The notes under the pieces: model-generated
What the model saw: only the letters and a program-made list of their open reading frames with translations
The model's database searches: none
What the model was told of the DNA's origin: nothing
NCBI GenBank assembly: GCA_902496775.1
Contig: CABVCF010000001.1
Coordinates: 1-50,601 of the forward strand
Direction of reading: 5' to 3'
Length of the DNA stretch: 50,601 nt
Source: an uncultured Collinsella sp.
Lineage (GTDB): Bacteria; Actinomycetota; Coriobacteriia; Coriobacteriales; Coriobacteriaceae
In this document: in pieces, positions 20,347 to 29,701 of the stretch
Layout of the letters: each line of letters begins with the position of its first letter
Numbering within the stretch: the stretch's first letter is position 1
Made by a program: the position numbers and the translations under genes

Positions 20347-20955
20347 TTGTCGGTAGAGGATCAGTTTGAGGGCGATGAGCGCGCGCTGCTCAAGCGCATT
20401 CAAGAGCTGCTCGATGTTCGCATGAAGGATAAGCGCAAGCGCTATGTGCATTCGCTGGGTGTTGCCGAGACCGCACTTCATCTGGCCGAGGTCTACGGCG
20501 TCGACCGCTTTGATGCCGCTGCCGCCGGCTTGATCCACGACTGGGACAAGGTGCTTTCCGATGACGAGCTGGTCACGCGCGCTCTGCATTACGGCATTAA
20601 GATTGCCGGCTCTCCTTCTGCCGCGACGCCGCTTTTGCATGGCCCTGTTGCCGCCTATGAGCTTCCGCAGCTTTTTCCCGAGCTGTCGCCGGCGGTCTTT
20701 CGGGCTGTCGACCGTCACACCGTGGGTGCCTGCGATATGACGCCGCTCGATATGGTGGTCTTTGTGGCCGATGCCATCGAGCCCAACCGCCACGGCGACT
20801 ATGCACATGCGCTGCGCAAGATGGTGGGGGAGTCGACGCTCGACGAGTTGTTCTTCTCCTGTTTTGCGCAGGGTTTGGTCTATGTGATTCAGTCCGGGCG
20901 CTATCTTTATCCCACGGCTATTTCGATTTACAACCATTACGCCCAGCTGCGCTAG
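20347..20955 (+). CDS. yqeK: HD-domain Ap4A hydrolase YqeK
   Basis: RYVHS, LIHDWDK, LHG, HT, ADAIEP motifs; nadD-yqeK-rsfS synteny. Confidence 0.88.
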   Translation: MSVEDQFEGDERALLKRIQELLDVRMKDKRKRYVHSLGVAETALHLAEVYGVDRFDAAAAGLIHDWDKVLSDDELVTRALHYGIKIAGSPSAATPLLHGPVAAYELPQLFPELSPAVFRAVDRHTVGACDMTPLDMVVFVADAIEPNRHGDYAHALRKMVGESTLDELFFSCFAQGLVYVIQSGRYLYPTAISIYNHYAQLR

Positions 20956-20982
20956 CTCGGGCTGTCTAGAAAGAGGTATTAC

Positions 20983-21438
20983 ATGGCCGACGAGACCATG
21001 ACCGACGAGCAGATTCTTGAAGGTGTGGAGCACAAGAGCTTCGTCGCCACGTCCGACCGCACTGCCGCCTCGCTGTCTGCGAGCGGTGTCGCCGCCGAGG
21101 ATGTCGCCCGCGCCGCCGCGCAGGCCGCCTACGACAAGAAGGGCGAGGACGTTCAGGTGCTCGACCTGACCGAGCTTTCCGATGTGTGCGACTATTTTGT
21201 GCTTGCCACCGGTACCAACAACCGCCAGGTCGATTCTATCGTCGACGAGATCGAGGAGAAGGTCGCCGAGGCTTGCGGCGAGCATCCGTTCTCCATTGAG
21301 GGCCGCGAGCAGAAGACCTGGATGCTCATGGACTATGGTTCGGTTGTTGTCCACGTCTTCACTCCCGAAGCCCGCGACTTCTACCGCCTCGAGAAACTCT
21401 GGGGAGACGCCCCCCAGCTCCCCCTCAACCTCCTCTAG
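20983..21438 (+). CDS. rsfS: Ribosome silencing factor RsfS
   Basis: DKKGED, DYFVLATG, WMLMDYG, RDFYRLEKLW. Confidence 0.95.
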   Translation: MADETMTDEQILEGVEHKSFVATSDRTAASLSASGVAAEDVARAAAQAAYDKKGEDVQVLDLTELSDVCDYFVLATGTNNRQVDSIVDEIEEKVAEACGEHPFSIEGREQKTWMLMDYGSVVVHVFTPEARDFYRLEKLWGDAPQLPLNLL

Positions 21439-21479
21439 TAGCTCATTTGAGACGGGGTTTAGCTACCCTCACGCATATC

Positions 21480-21522
21480 GCCGGGCAGTTGCGGTTTTCC
21501 GCACCTGCCCGGCTTTCTTTTT
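21480..21522 (+). terminator. Intrinsic terminator after rsfS (between convergent genes)
   Basis: GCCGGGCAG..GCGG-TTTT-CCGC..CTGCCCGGC followed by TTTCTTTTT. Confidence 0.75.
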
Positions 21523-21534
21523 GCCCAAAGGCGG

Positions 21535-22749
21535 TTAATCGTTGAAGCGGGATTGGCGGCCGAAGGAAAGGGCGGTGTCGCCGAATTTGTCTCGGACGGC
21601 GTCGATGGCGACGGAGAGGTCGCGGCGGTCGCTGGATTGGGCTCCGCGGTCATCGATCTCGCAGAACAGGTCGGTCTGGATGCCGCCTTGGTGGTCGAAG
21701 TCGCTCATGCCGATGCCAGCTAAGCGAACATGCATGCCTTCCTGCCAGATGTTGTCGAGCAGTTCGAGTGCAACCGCCACGAAGATGTTCTCATCGTCTG
21801 TCGGATGAGGCAGCCGGCGCTGTGCCGTACGCCCGCTGCCATACGAATACTTAAGCTTGAGCGTTACCGTGGCACCCGTCAGCCCCTGACGGCGCAGACG
21901 GCGTCCCACTGACTCTCCCAACAGCGCAATCGCCGCCTCAATATCCCCGCGCTCAGTCAAATCTTTAGCAAAGGTGCGTTCATTGCTGACCGACTTGACC
22001 TCGCGCTCTTCATCGAGACTCGTGACTTCGGAGATTTCGAGTCCCAGCGCACGCTGGCGCATGCGTTCGCCGTTGACGCCAAAAATGGTAGCCAGTGTGG
22101 ATTCCGGTGCACGTGATAGCTCGCCGAGGGTGTAGATGCGCATGCGGCGCAGTCGCTCCTCGGCCGAGCGCCCGATGCCGCTCATGGCAGATACCGGCAG
22201 CGCGGCCAAAAAGCGCTGCTCGGTTCCGGGGCGCACGATGGTCAGCCCAAACGGCTTATCCCGCTCGCTTGCGATCTTTGCGACCGTCTTGTTGCAGCCC
22301 ACGCCAATGGAGCAGGTCACTCCCAGCCCTGCCACGCGGTCGCTCATACGCCGCGCAACCAGCAGCGGGTCTTCGGGCGCAAAGCGACCAGGTGTGATAT
22401 CGATAAAGGCTTCGTCGATGGATACGCGCTCCACGTGCGGGGTCTCGTCGGCGAGAATCGCCATGACCCGCGCGCTCACCTCGCGGTAGCGATCAAAGTG
22501 CCCGTGCGTCCAAATGGCTTGCGGGCACAAGCGCCGCGCCTCGGCCGAGGCCATGGCGGAGTGCACGCCAAAGCGACGCGCCTCATACGAACACGTGGAC
22601 ACGACGCCACGCGAATCGGCGTCTCCGCCCACGATGAGCGGCTTTCCGCGCCATTCGGGATGATCGAGCATTTCCACGCTCGCAAAAAACGCATCAAGGT
22701 CCATCAGGCCCACCGCCGGACCCGTCCAGGGAGGCGGCGTGACGCCCAT
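21535..22749 (-). CDS. dinB: DNA polymerase IV (Y family)
   Basis: DLDAFFASVE, SYEARRFG, SIDEAF, AKIAS..KP motifs. Start placed at ATG 22749 behind a GAGGA SD; the alternative is a leaderless ATG at 22788. Confidence 0.95.
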   Translation of the reverse strand: MGVTPPPWTGPAVGLMDLDAFFASVEMLDHPEWRGKPLIVGGDADSRGVVSTCSYEARRFGVHSAMASAEARRLCPQAIWTHGHFDRYREVSARVMAILADETPHVERVSIDEAFIDITPGRFAPEDPLLVARRMSDRVAGLGVTCSIGVGCNKTVAKIASERDKPFGLTIVRPGTEQRFLAALPVSAMSGIGRSAEERLRRMRIYTLGELSRAPESTLATIFGVNGERMRQRALGLEISEVTSLDEEREVKSVSNERTFAKDLTERGDIEAAIALLGESVGRRLRRQGLTGATVTLKLKYSYGSGRTAQRRLPHPTDDENIFVAVALELLDNIWQEGMHVRLAGIGMSDFDHQGGIQTDLFCEIDDRGAQSSDRRDLSVAIDAVRDKFGDTALSFGRQSRFND

Positions 22750-22763
22750 GGCATCCTCATAAC

Positions 22764-22800
22764 CGTATGTATGTTCGCGTCTTTCCATGTCATGAGTATA
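22764..22800 (-). promoter_or_regulatory. dinB -10 (TATACT) and imperfect LexA box
   Basis: Minus strand has TATACT at 22800-22795 and CGAAC-ATAC-ATACG at 22777-22764, two mismatches to CGAAC-N4-GTTCG. Confidence 0.45.
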
Positions 22801-22904
22801 CCGCGCAGCTCATGTGGGGTGCGTGTATGTGCTTGCAAATCCCGAATTCTTGTCTAAGATATGGATTTGCCCTCGACTACACCGAAGAAGTTGGTCTCAC
22901 GGAC

Positions 22905-22933
22905 TTCACCTGCCCGCGTCGATGGCGTATTAT
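22905..22933 (+). promoter_or_regulatory. Promoter of the rpsP operon
   Basis: TTCACC-17 nt-TATTAT. Confidence 0.55.
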
Positions 22934-22989
22934 GTTCAACTGTTTGTTTGTAGTTGCAGCCTAAAGCTGCTTGGTTGGAGGAGTTTCCT

Positions 22990-23331
22990 TTGGCAGTCAA
23001 GATTCGCCTTGCTCGTCACGGCGCTAAGAAGCGTCCGTACTACCGTGTCGTCGTCGCCGATTCCCGCGCCCCGCGTGACGGTCGTATCATCGAGGAGGTT
23101 GGCCGCTACAACCCGATGACCGCCCCCAAGACCATCAACCTCGACCTCGAGAAGATCGCCGACTGGCAGTCCAAGGGCGCTCAGCTCACCGACGCCGTCG
23201 CCGCTCTGGTCAAGGCCGCCAACGAGGGCGAGAAGACCGAGACCGTCGTCAAGAAGTCCAAGAAGCAGCTCGCCAAAGAGGCCGAGGCCGCTAAGGCTGC
23301 CGCTGAGGCCGCTGAGGGCGCCGAGGAGTAA
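22990..23331 (+). CDS. rpsP: 30S ribosomal protein S16
   Basis: [33 protein letters not shown] start at 22990 after GGAGGAG. Confidence 0.97.
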   Translation: MAVKIRLARHGAKKRPYYRVVVADSRAPRDGRIIEEVGRYNPMTAPKTINLDLEKIADWQSKGAQLTDAVAALVKAANEGEKTETVVKKSKKQLAKEAEAAKAAAEAAEGAEE

Positions 23332-23334
23332 ATC

Positions 23335-23619
23335 GTGCCTGAGGTTGACGCTGCACAGCTCGAGGGTGAGGCAATGCTCTCAGATCGCATCGCCGATCTC
23401 GTCGAATATCTCGTTGTTCAGATCGTCGACGACCCGGATTCCGTGAGCCTTGAGGTCATCGATGGTGACGACGCCTCTACGATTGAGGTTTCGGTCGCCG
23501 AGGATGACGTCGCTAAGGTCATCGGCCGTCGTGGCCGTACCATCAAGGCCATACGCACGCTCGCCCGTGCACTGGCCGCTCGCCTCGACACTGCTGTCGA
23601 GGTAGAGGTTCTGGGCTAG
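23335..23619 (+). CDS. khpA: KH-domain RNA-binding protein KhpA
   Basis: DVAKVIGRRGRTIKAIR GxxG KH motif; rpsP-rimM synteny. Alternative start at 23374. Confidence 0.9.
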   Translation: MPEVDAAQLEGEAMLSDRIADLVEYLVVQIVDDPDSVSLEVIDGDDASTIEVSVAEDDVAKVIGRRGRTIKAIRTLARALAARLDTAVEVEVLG

Positions 23620-23623
23620 GACC

Positions 23624-24145
23624 TTGAGGTCCCAGTACAAAAACATCGCCCGTGTGGTTAAGCCGCACGGAAGGAAGGGGGAGGTCCTCGCGCAGCCGCT
23701 GCGGGGGCTTCCTTCTGTATTGGAGCCGGGTATGCGGGTCGCCCTGACGCCGCCGGCGCTTAAGCGCGACCGCTTTTGCACGGTCGTGTCCGTCACCGAT
23801 ACGGGCGATGGCGATCTGGTCTCGTTTGAGGGCATTGACGACTTGACGGCCGCCGAGGGCATCACGGGATGCTACGTGCTGGCAAATCGTGACGACTTTG
23901 AGCTCGATTCGCTCGACGCTGCCTATACCGATCTGATGGGTCGCGAGGTGGTCGACGAGCGCTTCGGTTCGCTCGGCACGATCGTCGAGATCATGTCGAC
24001 GCCCGCTAACGATGTTTGGGTTGTCGAGGGCGATCGGTACGGCGAGGTACTGATTCCCGTGATCGAGCAGGTTGTGCTCGATCTTCCCGACACAGGAACA
24101 ATTTCCGTCCATGTTATGGACGGCCTGATCGATATGGACAAGTAG
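23624..24145 (+). CDS. rimM: Ribosome maturation factor RimM
   Basis: VVKPHGRKGEV, ANDVWVV, EVLIP; synteny. Confidence 0.92.
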   Translation: MRSQYKNIARVVKPHGRKGEVLAQPLRGLPSVLEPGMRVALTPPALKRDRFCTVVSVTDTGDGDLVSFEGIDDLTAAEGITGCYVLANRDDFELDSLDAAYTDLMGREVVDERFGSLGTIVEIMSTPANDVWVVEGDRYGEVLIPVIEQVVLDLPDTGTISVHVMDGLIDMDK

Positions 24146-24155
24146 GGAGGACAAC

Positions 24156-24914
24156 ATGCTGATTGAGACCCTTTCGGTCTTTCCCGAGATGTTTGAGCCC
24201 GTCATGTCCACATCGATCTTGGGCCGCGCCCGCAAGGCCGGCCTTTTTGATTTTAAGGCGTATAACCTGCGCGACTGGACGCACGACCGCCATCGTACCG
24301 TCGATGACGAGCCGTACGGCGGCGGGCAGGGCATGCTTATGAAGGTCGAGCCTATCGCAGAGGCCATCGAGGCCATTAGCGCAGAGGGTCCCAAGCCCAC
24401 GGTTGTGTTCTTCACCCCCTGTGGCGAGCCCTTTACGCAGCATGTGGCCGAGCGCCTGCTCAAAAGTGAGCGCCTGCTGTTTGTGTGCAGCCGCTACGAG
24501 GGCGTCGACGAGCGCGCGTATGCGTATGCCGATGAGCGTCTGTCGATCGGCGACTACGTGCTCACGGGCGGCGAACTTCCCGCTATGGTCGTTGCCGATG
24601 CCGTCGTACGCCTGATTCCCGGCGCCCTGGGCGACGAGATGAGCAATGTGGACGAGTCGTTCTCGACCGCCGAGGACGGAGGCCTGCTCGAGTACGCGCA
24701 GTACACCCGTCCCGCCGAGTTCAACGGCGAGGGCGTGCCGCCGGTGCTCGTGAGTGGCGATCACGCCAAGGTCGATGCCTGGCGTCGCAAGAACGCCATC
24801 GAGCGCACCTGCCGCTGGCGTCCCGATCTGATCGAGACGGCGCGCCTTACGCCCCAGGAGCGTGCGTACGCGCAGGAGATTTTGGACGCTTCGTATTCGC
24901 AGAGCGAGGAGTGA
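24156..24914 (+). CDS. trmD: tRNA (guanine37-N1) methyltransferase
   Basis: DDEPYGGG, RYEGVDER, SIGDYVLTGGE, YTRP motifs. Confidence 0.97.
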   Translation: MLIETLSVFPEMFEPVMSTSILGRARKAGLFDFKAYNLRDWTHDRHRTVDDEPYGGGQGMLMKVEPIAEAIEAISAEGPKPTVVFFTPCGEPFTQHVAERLLKSERLLFVCSRYEGVDERAYAYADERLSIGDYVLTGGELPAMVVADAVVRLIPGALGDEMSNVDESFSTAEDGGLLEYAQYTRPAEFNGEGVPPVLVSGDHAKVDAWRRKNAIERTCRWRPDLIETARLTPQERAYAQEILDASYSQSEE

Positions 24915-24916
24915 GA

Positions 24917-25480
24917 ATGGTTCCATCGCAGCATTCCGCGTTGAGGGGCGCTTTTGAGTGGATCGCGGTCATCGCGATCGCATTGGTCGCCACCTTCTTG
25001 ATTCGCTCGTTTGTGGTCGAGCCCTTTGTGGTGCCCACCGGCTCCATGGAGTCCACGATCGAGATTGGCGACCAGATCCTGGCACAAAAGGTGAGCCTTG
25101 AGCTCGGTCAGCCCGTCAAGCAGGGCGATATCGTGGTGTTTCACAACCCCGATGGCACCTCCGAGCATGATGTTCTTGTCAAGCGTGTTATTGCCACGGC
25201 CGGCCAGACGGTCGACCTGCAGGATGGCAAGGTGGTCGTTGACGGCCAAGCGCTCGACGAGGTCTATACGACGGGCATGAGCTGGCCACTTTCGGTCCAA
25301 GCGCCTGGTGCTCAGGTAAGCTATCCCTACACCGTTCCCGACGGGTGCGTGTGGGTGATGGGCGACAACCGCGAAAACTCTGCCGACTCACGCTACTTTG
25401 GTCCCGTCGATCGCTCTGATTTGATCGCTGTGGCGCTTGTACGCTACTGGCCGCTCAACCGCATCGGCGCTATCGACTAA
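24917..25480 (+). CDS. lepB: Signal peptidase I
   Basis: N-terminal TM, GSM (Ser), VKRV (Lys), GDNRENSADSRYFG. Confidence 0.95.
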   Translation: MVPSQHSALRGAFEWIAVIAIALVATFLIRSFVVEPFVVPTGSMESTIEIGDQILAQKVSLELGQPVKQGDIVVFHNPDGTSEHDVLVKRVIATAGQTVDLQDGKVVVDGQALDEVYTTGMSWPLSVQAPGAQVSYPYTVPDGCVWVMGDNRENSADSRYFGPVDRSDLIAVALVRYWPLNRIGAID

Positions 25481-25539
25481 AAACCGCTATAGTACAGTAC
25501 CTAACCGTGTAATCGTTTCGACGAGGGGATATTAGAGGC

Positions 25540-26451
25540 ATGAACGCTTCATCGCTTTCCTTCCAAGACATCATCCTGCGCCTCCAGCAGTACTGGGGCG
25601 AGCAGGGCTGCGTCATTATGCAGCCCTATGACTCCGAGGTCGGTGCCGGTACCTTCCATACCGCGACCACGCTGCGCTCGCTCGGTCCCGCCGAGTGGCG
25701 CACCTGCTATGCGCAGCCCTGCCGCCGTCCCGCCGACGGCCGCTACGGCGAGAACCCCAACCGCATGCAGCACTACTATCAGTTCCAGGTGCTCATCAAG
25801 CCCTCCCCGGTCAACGCCCAGGAGCTCTACCTGGGGTCTCTTGCCGCTATCGGCCTGGACCCCAACGACCATGACGTCCGTTTTGTCGAGGACGACTGGG
25901 AGAGCCCGACGCTCGGCGCCTGGGGCCTTGGCTGGGAGGTCTGGCTCAATGGCATGGAGGTCACGCAGTTTACGTACTTCCAACAGGTGGGCGGTATCGA
26001 GGTCGACCCCGTTCCTGTCGAGATCACCTATGGCCTGGAGCGTATCGCCATGTATGCGCAGGGCGTCAACTCGGTCTACGACTTGGTGTGGAGCTACCTG
26101 CCCGACGGCACGCCCATGACCTATGGCGACGTGTTCCTCGAGAACGAGCGCGAGTTCAGTGCCTATAACTTTGAGGTCGCCAACGTCGAGATGATGCGTC
26201 AGAAGTTTGACGACTACGAGGCCGAGTGCCACTCCTGCCTGGAGCGCAAGCTGCCGCTGCCGGCATATGACTGCGTCATGAAGTGCAGCCACGCTTTTAA
26301 CCTGCTCGATGCCCGCGGCGCCCTGTCCGCGGTCGAGCGTGCCAACTACATCCTGCGCGTCCGCGCCGTCGCCAAGGCGTGCTGCGAGGCCTACATGGCC
26401 GAGGTCGCCGGAGTCAACGAGAATGCCGACCAGGAAGGCGAGGTGGCGTAA
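25540..26451 (+). CDS. glyQ: Glycine-tRNA ligase alpha subunit
   Basis: [39 protein letters not shown]. Confidence 0.98.
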   Translation: MNASSLSFQDIILRLQQYWGEQGCVIMQPYDSEVGAGTFHTATTLRSLGPAEWRTCYAQPCRRPADGRYGENPNRMQHYYQFQVLIKPSPVNAQELYLGSLAAIGLDPNDHDVRFVEDDWESPTLGAWGLGWEVWLNGMEVTQFTYFQQVGGIEVDPVPVEITYGLERIAMYAQGVNSVYDLVWSYLPDGTPMTYGDVFLENEREFSAYNFEVANVEMMRQKFDDYEAECHSCLERKLPLPAYDCVMKCSHAFNLLDARGALSAVERANYILRVRAVAKACCEAYMAEVAGVNENADQEGEVA

Positions 26452-26454
26452 GCC

Positions 26455-28551
26455 ATGGCAGACGCTAAGGATTTCCTGTTTGAGATCGGTACGGAGGAAA
26501 TGCCCTCCGCGCCGCTGAACAATGCCGTCAAGCAACTTGGCACCATGATCGCCAAGGGCCTCGACGAGGCCGGTCTGGCCCACGGCGAGGTCCGCGTGAT
26601 CTCGAGCCCGCGTCGTCTTGCCGCGCTCGTGGCTAATGTCGCCACCGCGACCGATGAGGTTCACGAGGTCAAGCGTGGCCCCGCGGCCAACATTGCCTTC
26701 GACGCTGACGGTAACGCCACCAAGGCCGCCCAGGGCTTTGCCCGCAAGTGCGGTGTGGCTGCCGAGGATCTGGTCCGTCGCGAGGACACTGACGGTCGCG
26801 AGTATGTGTTCGCCGAGAAGAACATTCCCTCCGCACCGGCAACCCCGATCCTGACAGCCCTGTGCGAGAAGACTATTGCCGGCCTGCAGTGGCCCAACTA
26901 CCGCTCCCAGCGCTGGGGCCACGAGCACGCGACGTTCGTGCGTCCGGTCCGCTGGATCTGCTGTCTTTTGGGCGAGGATGTTGTGCCCGTGTCGTTTGCC
27001 GACGTGACGAGTGGCAACACCACGCGTGGTCATCGCGTACTTGGCCCCGGTGACCATGTGGTTGCCAGCCCCGCCGTCTACGAGCAGGTGCTCGAGGACG
27101 CCGGCGTGCTTTCTGCCGAGCGCCGCCGCGAGGCCATCCTTGCCGGTATCGCCGAGGTCGAGGCTGCCCGTCCCGGCTGCCATGTCGATACGCCCAAGAA
27201 GGTCTTTGAGGAGGTCATCAACCTCTGCGAGTGGCCGACGGTGCTCGTCGGTACCTTCGATGAGGAGTTCCTCAAGGTCCCGCACGAGATTATCTGCGAG
27301 TCCATGCTCACCAACCAGCGCTACTTCCCGATCTATGACGGCGAAGGCAAGCTCACGCGTGAGTTCGTGGTCGTTTCCAACAGCAAGCCCGAGAACGCCG
27401 AGCGCGTGATCGACGGCAACGAGCGCGTCGTGCGCGCCCGTCTGGACGACGCCAAGTTCTTCTACGAGGAGGACCTGAAGATCTCTCTCGACGAGTTCCG
27501 TGAGCGTCTGGCCAAGGTTGCCTTCCAGGAGAAGCTCGGTAGCGTGCTCGCCAAGTCCGAGCGCATTGAGCAGCTCGCGCTCGCTATTGCCCGTGAGGCC
27601 CATCTTGGTGCCCACCTGGCAGCCGATGCCGCTCGCGCCGCGCACCTGTGCAAGGCTGACCTGGTATCCAATGCCGTCGTCGAGTTCACGAGCCAGCAGG
27701 GCGTGATGGGCGGTTATTACGCGACCGCGATGGGGGAGAACGACGAGGTCGCTCATGCTATTCGCGATCACTATCGTCCTCGCTTTGCCGGTGACGAGCT
27801 GCCCGAGGGCACCGCTGGCTGCATCGTGGCCTGCGCCGATAAGCTCGATACCATCGCCGGTATCTTTGCCATCGGCGAGCCCCCGACCGGCTCTTCGGAC
27901 CCCTACGCGCTGCGTCGTGCCGCTATCGGCATCATCAACATCCTGCGCGACCGCCTGCCGATCGACCCCACGTCGCTTATCGACTTTGCCCTTGAGCTCT
28001 ATAGCGAGCAGGGTATCGAGTTCGACGCCGCCGAGGTCGCTCAGCAGGTTCGTGACTTCTTCCATGGCCGCCTGGTGAGCATGGCCCGCGACGAAAAGAT
28101 CCCGGCCGATACCGTTGCCGCCGTCTCCGCGGTGCACATCATCGCCCCGTCCGTCTTCTTCGCCCGCTGCGCCGCCCTCGACGAGGCCCGCAAGAACGAC
28201 GCCGAGACCTTCGACAACCTGGCTACGGCCTATGCCCGTGCCGCGCATATCTCCAAGCCCGAGCTGGGCGCGGAGTACGACCGCAGCCTGATGGGCGAGG
28301 CCGAGCTCGCGCTTGCCGATGCCTCCGAGGCCGCTCAGACCGCTGTCGATGCTGCCCTTGCTGCCGAGGACTACCCGACCGCATTTGCCGCCCTTGCCGC
28401 CCTGCGTGCCCCCATCGACCGCTTCTTCGACGAGGTTATGGTCATGGACAAGGACGAGCAGCTCCGCGATAATCGCCTTAAGCTGCTCAACCGCTTCGAG
28501 GCCGTTTTCTCCGGCATTGCCAATATCGGTGAGCTTGCCCGCAAAAAGTAA
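26455..28551 (+). CDS. glyS: Glycine-tRNA ligase beta subunit
   Basis: FLFEIGTEEMP, SPRRL, FVRPVRW, GNERVVRARLDDA, KADL, DPYALRR. Confidence 0.97.
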   Translation: MADAKDFLFEIGTEEMPSAPLNNAVKQLGTMIAKGLDEAGLAHGEVRVISSPRRLAALVANVATATDEVHEVKRGPAANIAFDADGNATKAAQGFARKCGVAAEDLVRREDTDGREYVFAEKNIPSAPATPILTALCEKTIAGLQWPNYRSQRWGHEHATFVRPVRWICCLLGEDVVPVSFADVTSGNTTRGHRVLGPGDHVVASPAVYEQVLEDAGVLSAERRREAILAGIAEVEAARPGCHVDTPKKVFEEVINLCEWPTVLVGTFDEEFLKVPHEIICESMLTNQRYFPIYDGEGKLTREFVVVSNSKPENAERVIDGNERVVRARLDDAKFFYEEDLKISLDEFRERLAKVAFQEKLGSVLAKSERIEQLALAIAREAHLGAHLAADAARAAHLCKADLVSNAVVEFTSQQGVMGGYYATAMGENDEVAHAIRDHYRPRFAGDELPEGTAGCIVACADKLDTIAGIFAIGEPPTGSSDPYALRRAAIGIINILRDRLPIDPTSLIDFALELYSEQGIEFDAAEVAQQVRDFFHGRLVSMARDEKIPADTVAAVSAVHIIAPSVFFARCAALDEARKNDAETFDNLATAYARAAHISKPELGAEYDRSLMGEAELALADASEAAQTAVDAALAAEDYPTAFAALAALRAPIDRFFDEVMVMDKDEQLRDNRLKLLNRFEAVFSGIANIGELARKK

Positions 28552-28585
28552 GCTAGCCTGCGCGTAAGCGCAAAAGGAGCCCCGC

Positions 28586-29452
28586 ATGGATTGCCCGGTC
28601 ACCGCTCTTCCCACCGTTATCGTTATCTCCGACTCGCTCGGCGATACCGCTTGTGAGGTGGTGCTTTCGGCGTCCGGGCAATTTGATGAAGGGGCTTTTC
28701 GCGTTTTACGTCTGCCCAAGGTGACCTCCGTGGAGCAGGTCAAGTCGTTTGTGGGGCCGCGCGTCGATGCCGACCATCGCGATATTGCCGTGTTTCACAC
28801 CATTGTCGATCCAGCGCTTCGCGCCCGCGTGCTCGATTACCTGGGTATGTTGCATATTCGCTCGGTCGACCTGATCGGTCCGACGCTCGCCGTGCTGTCG
28901 TCGCTTATCGGTGTGCCGCCCAAGGGCGTTGCCGGCGTGATTCACAAGACCGATGACCGCTACTTCCATCGCATCGAGGCCATGGAGTATTTTGTTGAGC
29001 ACGATGATGGGCGCGGTTGCGACGATCTGTCGGGTGCCGATATCGTGCTGCTGGGCGTATCCCGTACGTCCAAGACGCCGCTGTCGATGTTTTTGGCCTA
29101 TCAGGGTTATAAGGTTGCCAATGTTCCTTTGGCCCATGGCATGGAGCCGCCGAAGTCGATTTACGAGGTTGACCCGATGCGCCTGTTCGGCCTGATTTCG
29201 ACCGTCGATGTGATTTCCGAAATTCGCGATAGCCGCTTGGGCGATGACTACGCCCGTGCCGTTGCCGGCTCCTATGCCGAGCCCGAGAGCGTGCGCAGCG
29301 AGCTCGAGGAAGCCCGTGCCCTCATGAAGCGCCTAGGCTGCTTTGTGGTGCGTACCGACGGCAAGGCCATCGAGGAAAGCGCTGCCGAGATCATTAGCCA
29401 CTTGGAGGAAATCCAAGAAGCTCGCGCCCGCCGAGCCACCCGCCGCGCCTAA
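28586..29452 (+). CDS. Pyruvate phosphate dikinase regulatory protein (DUF299 kinase/pyrophosphorylase)
   Basis: ISDSLGDTA, HDDG, GVSRTSKTPLS, KVANVPL; adjacent to ppdK. Confidence 0.93.
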   Translation: MDCPVTALPTVIVISDSLGDTACEVVLSASGQFDEGAFRVLRLPKVTSVEQVKSFVGPRVDADHRDIAVFHTIVDPALRARVLDYLGMLHIRSVDLIGPTLAVLSSLIGVPPKGVAGVIHKTDDRYFHRIEAMEYFVEHDDGRGCDDLSGADIVLLGVSRTSKTPLSMFLAYQGYKVANVPLAHGMEPPKSIYEVDPMRLFGLISTVDVISEIRDSRLGDDYARAVAGSYAEPESVRSELEEARALMKRLGCFVVRTDGKAIEESAAEIISHLEEIQEARARRATRRA

Positions 29453-29701
29453 TATTAGTAGCATTTTGATAAAGCGATTTAGCAAAAATATAGCATCTGA
29501 CCTGCACTTACTTACAGTGGTATCTTCATAAGGTAACCACCTTTACCTACCATTTACCGCCAGTTTTAGCACGTTTACCAAACCGCGCATTCTCTGCTTA
29601 AGCCCGCTCAATACCTGCCGTATAGTTCCCTCATGGCCCGCATCTGGCGGGTCGATTCGTTACCACGGTCGTGTGCGTAAGCGCATGGAAGGGGAAGTAT
29701 C

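Noticed and set aside
25481..25539. T-box riboswitch before glyQ (or before proS)
   Set aside because: Only 59 nt of intergenic space before glyQ and none before proS; no T-box sequence.
25549..28743. 1064-aa antisense ORF over glyQS
   Set aside because: Shadow frame of strongly GC3-biased genes. No recognisable motifs, and it lies opposite well-supported genes.
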